A stretch of 44,110 bases of DNA from a virus. Taxonomy: Duplodnaviria > Caudoviricetes. The position numbers and the translations under genes were made by a program. Location of the stretch: IMG/VR virus record IMGVR_UViG_3300030095_006992, positions 1 to 44,110 of that record; one strand, written 5' to 3'. Positions 8,747 to 16,549 of the stretch are shown here, in pieces (positions within the stretch are counted from its first letter, which is position 1; the number at the start of each line of letters is the position of its first letter). The notes below the pieces were generated by a model. The model was not told the DNA's origin. It was given only the letters and a program-made list of their open reading frames with translations, and did not search any database.

Positions 8747-9109
8747 TCAGAAGGAATATTTCACTCCCCCTTTTGCACCATAACCATTCTCTGCGGCGGT
8801 GGCTAGGGACAACTCACCATAAACGCTTACAGATTCGGAAACAGCAACGGCGCCGCCAGCTTTACCGGAGAACTCAAAGTCGCTGGACGAGGTGGCTGCA
8901 TCCACAGCGGAATAAGCAGGGCCACCTTGGATGTAATAGGAAGCAGCACCATTTTCACCTTCCCAACCAACATGCATTTCATGGAGGGCTGAGTTGTAAT
9001 CAGAACCTGTGTAGGAAAGGTTGGTTTCCCAGTTCAGGTAGGGGCCTGCAAAAGCTGCAGGAGTCGATGCGGCGATAGCTGCAGTAGCTGCAAGTAATTT
9101 CTTTAACAC
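8747..9109 (-). CDS. Small outer-membrane beta-barrel-like protein of picocyanobacteria/cyanophages
   Basis: Signal peptide ending AFA, amphipathic beta strands, terminal YSF outer-membrane signature; GPY.N.E...HVGWEG...YIQGGP. Confidence 0.75.
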   Translation of the reverse strand: MLKKLLAATAAIAASTPAAFAGPYLNWETNLSYTGSDYNSALHEMHVGWEGENGAASYYIQGGPAYSAVDAATSSSDFEFSGKAGGAVAVSESVSVYGELSLATAAENGYGAKGGVKYSF

Positions 9110-9254
9110 AGTCTATAGAGAATAGGTATACATTCAAAAATATAGCGAGACCTAATCAGAATTAAGCTATAGACAGTCAAAAAACTGACATTTTCATGAG
9201 CAATTCTACTCAGTTTTCAGTTGACCTAGAGTTTTAAGATGGAGGAACTTCAAA

Positions 9255-9476
9255 ATGAACCGATTTATCCCACCCTTTATTCTCTCTTTTATGACACTCG
9301 GTGTTGTTACGAACGTAAAACCTGTATCTGCACGTTTTATTTGTGACGCCAAGGATGAATTGATCGAAACGATCTACAACGATCCTTTTTACTCAAAGGC
9401 ACGTAATCACAAACATAGAGATCAGCTAATCATGCGAATTATACGCACAGAAACTGTGTGCTCGGGGAAAGATTAA
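9255..9476 (+). CDS. Small secreted hypothetical protein
   Basis: GGAGG RBS upstream; signal-peptide-like N-terminus; two Cys. Confidence 0.55.
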   Translation: MNRFIPPFILSFMTLGVVTNVKPVSARFICDAKDELIETIYNDPFYSKARNHKHRDQLIMRIIRTETVCSGKD

Positions 9477-9533
9477 ACGTGAACAACATCTATTAAAGAT
9501 AACTGAGCTTATGTTTAATAAACAACTGAAGAA

Positions 9534-9698
9534 TCAAAATGATGAAGGAACTTGACCACCAGTCTGATACGGACGATAACGAAGCGTCCTGTAGCGTAGA
9601 AAAAGCTGAGGGCGATGACGGTTGTTCCAGTCAAGACGATCAGCCTCAGCCTGATCCTCTTTGTAATATCGGGTGCCCCTGTAAGTCAACTGAGTCAT
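9534..9698 (-). CDS. DUF4278 family protein (glutamine synthetase inactivating factor IF17-related)
   Basis: MTQLTYRGTRY...LRYRTLRY, the duplicated L.YRG..Y motif typical of DUF4278; AAGGA RBS upstream. Confidence 0.75.
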   Translation of the reverse strand: MTQLTYRGTRYYKEDQAEADRLDWNNRHRPQLFLRYRTLRYRPYQTGGQVPSSF

Positions 9699-9720
9699 GA
9701 TTGTCCTTTGAACTAAGTCA

Positions 9721-9748
9721 ATCATACGAATTTCGTAACGGTTACTAC
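9721..9748 (-). promoter_or_regulatory. -10 box (TATGAT, 9721-9726) plus NtcA-binding site GTA-N8-TAC (9735-9748)
   Basis: GTAACGGTTACTAC is an exact GTA-N8-TAC; 8 nt from the -10 hexamer of the DUF4278 gene, i.e. in a repressor position. Confidence 0.65.
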
Positions 9749-9791
9749 GGTTTATGTAGTAACACTTAATCTAGAGACATCCTTAAGCTTA

Positions 9792-9870
9792 GGGGTGCAG
9801 CCTCACCGATAGCGGTGCCGGCGAGGTTGATCAGTTTCCAGGTGCGAGAAACAGCAAAAATCACACCTCC
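9792..9870 (+). ncRNA. Candidate structured RNA (unassigned)
   Basis: Nested stems GGGGTG/CACCTC, CAGCCTC/GAGGTTG, ACCG/CGGT, GTTTC/GAAAC in an ORF-free GC-rich gap. Confidence 0.35.
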
Positions 9871-9914
9871 CCAGGGCCTGACGCTGTTCTTCTTCGGCCC
9901 CGGATGTATAATAG

Positions 9915-10172
9915 ATGTATCAACTCTGTTTTACATGGACCGTGTTATCCAAAACACAGCCAAAATTTATAGGTTCTGTGTGCAGTGATTCCGGTACGCT
10001 CTCTATTGTTGATACGTGTCTTGTCAAGGCTTACAGGCCCGGCAAGGTCAAGTTTCCAAAACGTAATCTCTACACCTCTTTCGAAACTGAAATTGGCGAC
10101 GGAGACTTTCCTGTCTACGAAGTAAGGGATAATAAAGGTAAACTCAAATGCATAGTGATAAGCCTCGAGTGA
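9915..10172 (+). CDS. Hypothetical protein
   Basis: IGSVCSDSGTLSIVDTC...GDGDFPVY; 85-aa ORF. Confidence 0.65.
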   Translation: MYQLCFTWTVLSKTQPKFIGSVCSDSGTLSIVDTCLVKAYRPGKVKFPKRNLYTSFETEIGDGDFPVYEVRDNKGKLKCIVISLE

Positions 10173-10426
10173 ATTACGTAGACCCCGTAAAGAACCCAAA
10201 CCTCTGGCTTGAATTAACTATTCTCAAAATGATTGAGGATAAGAATCCCGCACATGAGTCAACCCTACGTAGTGCTCTTCATTCAATCATTCACTGGATT
10301 GAGCCGGGTCTAATAGATGAGCTATTCGGTGAGTGGATCCAACAGTACCTAGACGCTCATAACGCACTAGAAAGCAATCAAAATAATTCTGATCCGCCGT
10401 GTTCGCTAGAGGCTGGTCAGGAGTAA
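10148..10426 (+). CDS. Hypothetical protein
   Basis: 92-aa ORF overlapping the previous ORF (true start may be GTG 10169). Confidence 0.55.
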   Translation: MHSDKPRVNYVDPVKNPNLWLELTILKMIEDKNPAHESTLRSALHSIIHWIEPGLIDELFGEWIQQYLDAHNALESNQNNSDPPCSLEAGQE

Positions 10427-10889
10427 TCCCACTTATTTTGAACTGATTTCTGATCGGGTCGTCCGGATAAGGAGGTCTGTGCCAGAAGAACTCCTTCCGA
10501 TCTTCGTTAACCGTCCACTCTGGATGGTATCTTCTCCACCAGCTGAATGCAGAAAACTGCTTAGCTGGAGCACCTGAAGTGCTATCGATAACAAGAACGT
10601 CGCCAGGGGCAATGACCCAACGAAGCCGAAGGACTTCCATAAAGCCACGTCGTATTGCTTTAATTCCCACTCTTCCATTAAAGGCATCATCTAAAGATCT
10701 CCTCCTCTTATTCTCACGTCTCCAGTACCAATCGTTAAGTTGCCGTTGTGACTTTCCGATGGCAAAACCAGTGTTCCATAACCAAAATCCAGAGCGATAC
10801 TCGTGTACTGGTTGGAGAAAGATTTTACAAAGGTGATCCCCTACTTGAAATGTAGAGCTTGTAAACTTGCGGCGTACTCGATATGACAT
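10287..10889 (-). CDS. Hypothetical Trp/Arg-rich protein
   Basis: 200-aa ORF; 3' end overlaps the convergent ORF. Confidence 0.65.
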   Translation of the reverse strand: MSYRVRRKFTSSTFQVGDHLCKIFLQPVHEYRSGFWLWNTGFAIGKSQRQLNDWYWRRENKRRRSLDDAFNGRVGIKAIRRGFMEVLRLRWVIAPGDVLVIDSTSGAPAKQFSAFSWWRRYHPEWTVNEDRKEFFWHRPPYPDDPIRNQFKISGITPDQPLANTADQNYFDCFLVRYERLGTVGSTHRIAHLLDPAQSSE

Positions 10890-10890
10890 C

Positions 10891-11172
10891 GTGGAAGAAT
10901 TACTAGCGATGATTCAAAAGGACCAGGAACTCTGGGACCTTATGGAGCAGCTGAAGAACCAAGACGAGGAGCCTACTGATTTCATCTTAGACGTCGCACA
11001 GATGCTTGCAATTGAATTCGAAGATCTTCATCGCACTGATTTAAACGACAAGCTCGATGCTCTGTTCGGAGGACTACCTCCCAAGGCTTTTGAGATGGTG
11101 CCTTTGTTCCTTCACATTGCTCTCGACATTTTCATGATGCGGGCCATCCCCAACAACGAACAAGGTGGATGA
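10891..11172 (+). CDS. Hypothetical protein
   Basis: Acidic helical ORF, ATGA-coupled to the next gene. Confidence 0.65.
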   Translation: MEELLAMIQKDQELWDLMEQLKNQDEEPTDFILDVAQMLAIEFEDLHRTDLNDKLDALFGGLPPKAFEMVPLFLHIALDIFMMRAIPNNEQGG

Positions 11173-11408
11173 AAATGAAATCAGGATTCGTTTTCTGCGA
11201 CTTAGATAAGCAAAACGTGCTTTGCTACACCAGTGATCGGACCTCTGTCGAATTGATACCTGTCGATTTTGCGGCAAGCCTTGGAAAAGCAATCTGCTTG
11301 AGTGACAGAACAGAGATGAGAAATATTCAAGAAAGGCTACGAAAGTGTGACATCATCGACAACGTCTATATTGTGAACATTGGATCCCTGTACAAGCGCT
11401 TCCTCTGA
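11169..11408 (+). CDS. Hypothetical protein
   Basis: 79-aa ORF directly upstream of the polymerase. Confidence 0.6.
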   Translation: MKMKSGFVFCDLDKQNVLCYTSDRTSVELIPVDFAASLGKAICLSDRTEMRNIQERLRKCDIIDNVYIVNIGSLYKRFL

Positions 11409-11415
11409 TTGTCTA

Positions 11416-13266
11416 ATGTTGAGATACGCATGCGACATCGAGACTAATGGTCTCCTGCATCAACTGGATCGCGTGCACAGTCTTGTGCTAAGAAATCTTG
11501 ATACAAACGAAGTAATAAGTTGCTCGAATGAGAGTAACTATTTGCCGTTGCAACATGGCCTGGATTTGTTGCAAAATGCTGATCTAATTGTAGGGCATAA
11601 TTTTATTAATTTTGATTTGCGAGGGCTAGCTAGGGTCTACCCTACATTTAAAATTAAAGAAAAATGTGACATTCACGATACGTTGATTATTAGTCGTGTG
11701 TTGTCACCAGAACTTGAACAAGTTGACTTGCAAAAGTATCCTCACATCGATAATAAATATAAAGGGAGACACTCTTTAGCAGCCTGGGGCGAACGGCTAG
11801 GAGTCGCAAAAATAAAATTCACAGAGAACCAGTCCAAAAAGTCTGTATCAAAGGACAATGTCTGGGAACATTGGTCGAAAGAGATGCAGGTGTACTGCGA
11901 GCAGGACACTCTCGTGACAAAGGTCTTGTATGAATACTTCCTGACCCAAGAACTTGATCTCCGCTGTTTTGAACTGGAACATGAATTCGCCGCTATTATG
12001 ACAATGCAAGAAGACTTTGGTTTTCCCTTCGATGAAAGGTCTGCTTTCGCACTTGTCAATACACTCAAGACGCGACGGTCGGAAATCGACGACCAGCTTC
12101 AAGAAGTATTTCCGCCAATTGTGGAGGAACGCTTTTCAGAAAGGACAGGTAAACGCCTCAAAGACAAGGTCGTTCTATTTAATCCCGGTTCGCGTCAACA
12201 AACGGCACAACGTTTACAGGAGCGTTACGATGAAATTAGTTTCAACAAAACGGAGAAAGGCAATGTCAAGGTTGATGATGAAGTCCTTGAAAAGCTTGGT
12301 GAAAAATACCCAGAAGCTAAGCTCCTTGCTGAATATCAAACGCTCAACAAAAGGCTTGGCCAAATTGCTGAAGGCAAGGAAGCGTGGCTGACGCACAGTC
12401 GAGTTTTTGACGATAGTCGTATCCACGGTACAGTTATTACTAACGCCTGTATCAGCGGGCGCTGCTCACACCGGCGTCCAAATATGGCGCAAATTCCCAG
12501 TGTAGGTCATCATTATGGAGCGGAATGCAGATCTTTATTCGTGGCTCCTGTGGGTTGGCTTCTTGTCGGTAGTGACGCAAGCGGCTTGGAGCTTAGGGCA
12601 CTTGGTGCTTGGTTAGCGCACTTTGATGGTGGTGAATATGCGAAGCTTGTGAGCACTGAAGGCTTTGATATCCATACCTACAATGCGCAACTGTTTGGTA
12701 TCTTCGATGGTCAGGGAGAGATCCCTAAAAAGATCAGAGACCTTTCGAAACGATTAATTTATGCCCTACTTTATGGTGCCGGATCAAAGAAGGTTGGTAG
12801 TGTTATTGATCCATCTTTAGGTGAATGGAAGCAGGCTGATCTTGGTAAGGAAACGATTAATACTTTCTACAAAAATCTACCAGCTATCAAGCAGCTCAAG
12901 GACAAGATTGATGAGCGTATATCTCAACGAGGATACTTGACTGGTATTGATGGTCGTCATCTTCAAATTCGTTCTAGGCATTCAGCACTTAATCAACTTC
13001 TTCAGTCAACAGGTGCAATCACCGTAAAGAAAGCAACAACAATCCTGTACGATGATTTAAAAGAGGCGGGTCTCCAATGGGGGAAGGACTATGCATTTGT
13101 TGCACACGTCCACGACGAAATTCAATCGTTAGTAAGGCCAGAGTATGTCGCACCTTACAAAACACTGGCGATTGCTTCGTTTAGAAAATCAGGTGAGTTC
13201 TACAATCTCAAGTGCCCAATGACCGGTGAGGCTCGTGTTGGACACAACTGGATGGAGACTCATTAA
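11416..13266 (+). CDS. polA: Family A DNA polymerase (T7-like) with 3'-5' exonuclease
   Basis: Exo I DIETNG, Exo II GHNFINFD, Exo III YCEQD; motif A DASGLELR, motif B RDLSKRLIYALLYG (Tyr at the E. coli 762-equivalent position), motif C HVHDEIQ. Confidence 0.97.
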   Translation: MLRYACDIETNGLLHQLDRVHSLVLRNLDTNEVISCSNESNYLPLQHGLDLLQNADLIVGHNFINFDLRGLARVYPTFKIKEKCDIHDTLIISRVLSPELEQVDLQKYPHIDNKYKGRHSLAAWGERLGVAKIKFTENQSKKSVSKDNVWEHWSKEMQVYCEQDTLVTKVLYEYFLTQELDLRCFELEHEFAAIMTMQEDFGFPFDERSAFALVNTLKTRRSEIDDQLQEVFPPIVEERFSERTGKRLKDKVVLFNPGSRQQTAQRLQERYDEISFNKTEKGNVKVDDEVLEKLGEKYPEAKLLAEYQTLNKRLGQIAEGKEAWLTHSRVFDDSRIHGTVITNACISGRCSHRRPNMAQIPSVGHHYGAECRSLFVAPVGWLLVGSDASGLELRALGAWLAHFDGGEYAKLVSTEGFDIHTYNAQLFGIFDGQGEIPKKIRDLSKRLIYALLYGAGSKKVGSVIDPSLGEWKQADLGKETINTFYKNLPAIKQLKDKIDERISQRGYLTGIDGRHLQIRSRHSALNQLLQSTGAITVKKATTILYDDLKEAGLQWGKDYAFVAHVHDEIQSLVRPEYVAPYKTLAIASFRKSGEFYNLKCPMTGEARVGHNWMETH

Positions 13267-13298
13267 AGAAACCAGCAAGCTAAAGAAGCAATAGGGTC

Positions 13299-13341
13299 AG
13301 TGTAACTTGTAAGCCCCGCTGTAACACGGGGCGGGTTGCCG
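13299..13341 (-). repeat. 43-bp conserved element, copy 1 (downstream of tail-fibre gene)
   Basis: AGTGTAACTT-gta-AGCCCCGC-tgtaa-CACGGGGCGGGTTGCCG; 36/43 identical to 40561..40603; contains a GCCCCG/CGGGGC hairpin. Confidence 0.85.
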
Positions 13342-13342
13342 A

Positions 13343-15793
13343 TTAGCCAGCCTCAAGGGCTGCGACTTTGGTTTCAAGGGTTTCGATGCGAGTCATTGCT
13401 TCTTGCAGTGCTTTGACAGCCTTCATGTAAAGCACGGAGTAGTTGACTGACTTGGTTGTAGTGCCAAGATCGTTGCCTTCATTATCAGTGTCAGGCGAGT
13501 CAGCGACAAGACCAGGCGATACAGTTTCAATTTCCTGAGCAACAACACCAAGCTGAGTGTGTGTCTGCCCTTCAATAAAATTGTAGTTACGAACGCGAAT
13601 ATCTTTAATGTCGTCCCACTGAGAAGATGCGTCAACGATGTTCTCCTTCAGCTTTATGTCAGAGATGGCACCATAGGAATTGTTAGTATTTGCGACGTTG
13701 CCGTTGGCTAATACCTGAAAAGTTCTGGAACTACCAAAATAAGCGCCATAAAGCTGAGTGTATTGACTAGCAGTTGATATACATTGAGTCCTTACATCAC
13801 CAGAATTTGTAGCGACATTAATCTTTGCACCAAATCCACTATTTGAGCTGTCATCAAATGACGCAAAAAATAAATTTCCCGAGCTGTCGATTCGCATCCG
13901 CTCCGTCGGAGAACTCGCCCCATCCGCAGTTGTGGAGAACACGAGCCTTCCCGGCATATCGTTATCGCCAGGGGTTCCATCTACTTGAGACTGTATTTGA
14001 GCCGCAGTTACAAATTCACCTCCGTCAGCACCCATGAAATCAATCGTGCCAAGACCGTCACCACTTTGAACAGCTGTGTAGCTACTTACAGAACTACCTC
14101 GTGTACCAGAAAGCAATAACTGACCGCCTCCTCCTCCAGGGCTTGTATGGCGATTAATTTGAAGCGCACCATTAACGCCACTACCATCAACAACCACCGT
14201 TGGAGTAACTGTGTTTTTATTGCTTGGGTTAGCAGTGCATCCCACCAACAGCCTGCCCGAGCTGTCGATTCGCATGCGCTCGTATGTATCATCTGCATTG
14301 AATACAAGAGCATCATCTGTCTCATTGTTTTGAATACGAAAACGCTGCGTTCTGCCTACATTACTAAGCAATATGCTGGCATTACTGTCTTCTATATGCA
14401 AAGTTGCGTCAGGAGACGACGTGCCAATCCCAACTTTGCCCGAGCTGTCGATTCGCATCCGCTCGTTTGCATTAGTCCCGAACGACATGAAACTATTTTC
14501 TTTATTCCAAATATAATTATCGTTACCATCTTGCTGAAGCATAAAGCCACTACCTGCTGTTGCTCCAGTAGTGCTATTTGAAAGCATCAATTCACTTGAT
14601 GCGTCAGAGGTATGTAGTTGAAGATCTCGAACAGGCGACGACGTTCCAATCCCAACTTTGCCCGAGCTGTCGATTCGCAGGCGTTCGGTAGTTCCACCAG
14701 TCGCAAAACGAATGTCACCAGAACGATGCCTAAAGTTGACATGATCGTTGCGATATTGAATTTCACCCTGCCTTGTTGTTGTATTGTTGCTAAAAAAGCT
14801 CAGTTCGCCAATATTGTCTGATGCTCTTGCATTAATAACAATAGCTTCTGCAGTACTTGCGCTGGCAGTTACTTGTAGTGGGTGGTTTTGAGTTACAGTA
14901 GTGTTGTTGATTAACAGCCTGCCACTTGCGTCGATTCGCATCCGCTCGGTTGTACCAGTTTTAAAGACTAAAGAATTAGTTGTACTCGTCCCAATAGAGC
15001 TGGCAACGCTTCCATTTTTGCCAAATAGAATATGATCAGCAGCCTGTGTATCATCGCGACTAATGTTGATATAACCTCTACCTATTTCTGTACTATTTAG
15101 ATCAGCAGGGGTTCCACTAATACCCACCGCTGAGGTTAAACCAACCAGCAAATTGCCCGAGCTGTCGATTCGTAGGCGCTCGGTTGCGGCTGTATAAAAA
15201 CGCATGTTTGCGCTTTCTTTGTTTTCAATTAGTAAATCACTGCCACTAACATATAAAAGTGATCCATCTGTCGATCCTGTTCCAGTCGTGCTGTTTGCTA
15301 ATTTAATACGAGGAGTAGATGAATCATAAACTTGAAGCCCTTTCCCGCTTGGAAGATTAAAGGTTGAGGTTCCTATAGAAACATTTCCCGAGCTGTCGAT
15401 TCGCAGGCGCTCACTAGGGCTCGACGCACCATCGGCAGTGGTGGAGAATACGAGGCGGCCTGGGTAATCATTCGTTCCAGGTGTGCCATCACATTCTCCT
15501 TCTATAAGAGCGTATTCACCAGCCTGTTGATCAGCAAAAACAATGCGACCAAGGGTATGTCCACTAGAAACACTGGCACTATTTAAGCCTCTTGCAAGGT
15601 TAAATATTGCTGCAGAAGTTGCCCCACCTGGATAGCCCTTAATTGTTAAAATTCCATTTGCACTGTTACTGCCAGTCAACGCACTAGACGTCCCCACCAA
15701 CAGCCTGCCCGAGCTGTCGATAACCAACGCATCAGCTGGAGCACTGGTATTAATATTTAAACCTTCAACGAGTTGAGCTTTAGTTTGACTCAT
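13343..15793 (-). CDS. Tail fibre / receptor-binding protein with ERMRIDSSG repeats and C-terminal peptidase S74 intramolecular chaperone
   Basis: Eight (ER)xRIDSSG-type repeats; SDIKLKENI...LGVVAQE...VNYSVL...KALQE S74 motif and terminal coiled coil. Confidence 0.88.
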   Translation of the reverse strand: MSQTKAQLVEGLNINTSAPADALVIDSSGRLLVGTSSALTGSNSANGILTIKGYPGGATSAAIFNLARGLNSASVSSGHTLGRIVFADQQAGEYALIEGECDGTPGTNDYPGRLVFSTTADGASSPSERLRIDSSGNVSIGTSTFNLPSGKGLQVYDSSTPRIKLANSTTGTGSTDGSLLYVSGSDLLIENKESANMRFYTAATERLRIDSSGNLLVGLTSAVGISGTPADLNSTEIGRGYINISRDDTQAADHILFGKNGSVASSIGTSTTNSLVFKTGTTERMRIDASGRLLINNTTVTQNHPLQVTASASTAEAIVINARASDNIGELSFFSNNTTTRQGEIQYRNDHVNFRHRSGDIRFATGGTTERLRIDSSGKVGIGTSSPVRDLQLHTSDASSELMLSNSTTGATAGSGFMLQQDGNDNYIWNKENSFMSFGTNANERMRIDSSGKVGIGTSSPDATLHIEDSNASILLSNVGRTQRFRIQNNETDDALVFNADDTYERMRIDSSGRLLVGCTANPSNKNTVTPTVVVDGSGVNGALQINRHTSPGGGGGQLLLSGTRGSSVSSYTAVQSGDGLGTIDFMGADGGEFVTAAQIQSQVDGTPGDNDMPGRLVFSTTADGASSPTERMRIDSSGNLFFASFDDSSNSGFGAKINVATNSGDVRTQCISTASQYTQLYGAYFGSSRTFQVLANGNVANTNNSYGAISDIKLKENIVDASSQWDDIKDIRVRNYNFIEGQTHTQLGVVAQEIETVSPGLVADSPDTDNEGNDLGTTTKSVNYSVLYMKAVKALQEAMTRIETLETKVAALEAG
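13878..15722 (-). repeat. Dispersed in-frame direct repeats CCCGAGCTGTCGATTCGCA (8 copies)
   Basis: Copies begin near 13878, 14256, 14439, 14661, 14922 (variant), 15156, 15387 and 15708 (partial); spacing 183-378 bp. Confidence 0.9.
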
Positions 15794-15920
15794 TACAACG
15801 AATACCGCGCCCTAGATATATCTATTTTATAGGAGTACACCATCAAACACGATTGAAACAAAAATCAACGTGCCAAACAGAGAAACACCGACTACTGTTG
15901 ATTCGCTCCCTCGTAGCACC

Positions 15921-16094
15921 ATGAAATCACCCAAGCCTCAAATCAGTAAAGGGGCACTTGACAAATTCGGCTACCTCGAGCTTGTCGAGCTGCACAACGA
16001 TCTCGAAGAATGGATGGAGGTCTGGGAACAGAGACTCGAGCAGCTCCAGGATGAAATCATAAAGCGTCTTGATGACCGCTTTAATAAAAAATGA
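15921..16094 (+). CDS. Small coiled-coil hypothetical protein
   Basis: MKSPKPQISK...RLEQLQDEIIKRL; overlaps the deaminase start. Confidence 0.6.
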   Translation: MKSPKPQISKGALDKFGYLELVELHNDLEEWMEVWEQRLEQLQDEIIKRLDDRFNKK

Positions 16095-16549
16095 ACATCA
16101 TCACGCAAAGCAAGTGGGACACTCGTTTCCTGAAGCTTGCCCACGAGGTCGCCAAATGGAGTAAGGACCCCAGCACAAAAGTCGGCTGCGTACTTGTCAA
16201 AGGCAAGAAGGTCGTCAGCCTGGGATACAACGGTCTTCCTATGGGCGTCGAGGATACTCTTGAACGCCTTACAGACCGTGACCTTAAGTACGAAATGACA
16301 GTCCATGCAGAGGTCAACGCTGTTACAACTGCTGCATTACATGGTGTCAGCACTAACGGCGCTACTGCGTACGTCACTTTCCATCCATGCAGTCGCTGTG
16401 CTGCTGTACTTATCAACGCTGGTATTTCAACCGTCGTTGTTTCAGCGCACACCATAAAGTGCGATCGGTGGCTCGACAGCTTCCAAATTGCCGCACAACT
16501 ACTTAATGAGGCCGGAATCGGCCACGAAATTGTAGACCCTGAAAACTAA
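16091..16549 (+). CDS. dCMP deaminase
   Basis: SKDPSTKVGC, GYNG, HAEVNA and PCSRC Zn-deaminase motifs. Confidence 0.93.
   Translation: MNIITQSKWDTRFLKLAHEVAKWSKDPSTKVGCVLVKGKKVVSLGYNGLPMGVEDTLERLTDRDLKYEMTVHAEVNAVTTAALHGVSTNGATAYVTFHPCSRCAAVLINAGISTVVVSAHTIKCDRWLDSFQIAAQLLNEAGIGHEIVDPEN

Noticed and set aside
9699-9720. Glutamine riboswitch upstream of the DUF4278 gene
   Set aside because: The predicted leader is only about 16 nt and I see no matching structure on the minus strand.
9826-9856. Hammerhead or SRP-like motifs (UUGAUCA...GAAAC; CAGG...AGCA)
   Set aside because: The core lacks CUGANGA and the SRP helix-8 stem does not pair; kept only as an unassigned structured RNA candidate.
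11742-12426. Antisense and alternate-frame ORFs within polA (likewise within the primase, exonuclease and fibre genes)
   Set aside because: Shadow ORFs fully nested in well-supported genes, with no recognisable motifs.
13299-13460. Diversity-generating retroelement (GC-rich element and hairpin after a fibre gene resemble an IMH)
   Set aside because: No reverse transcriptase in the window, differences between the two fibre ends are largely synonymous and not adenine-specific, and the C-terminus is a cleaved S74 chaperone.
13878-15722. Repeats in the fibre gene as a CRISPR array
   Set aside because: Spacers are 160-360 bp, variable and in-frame coding; no cas operon. The PD-(D/E)XK nuclease is a typical phage exonuclease.
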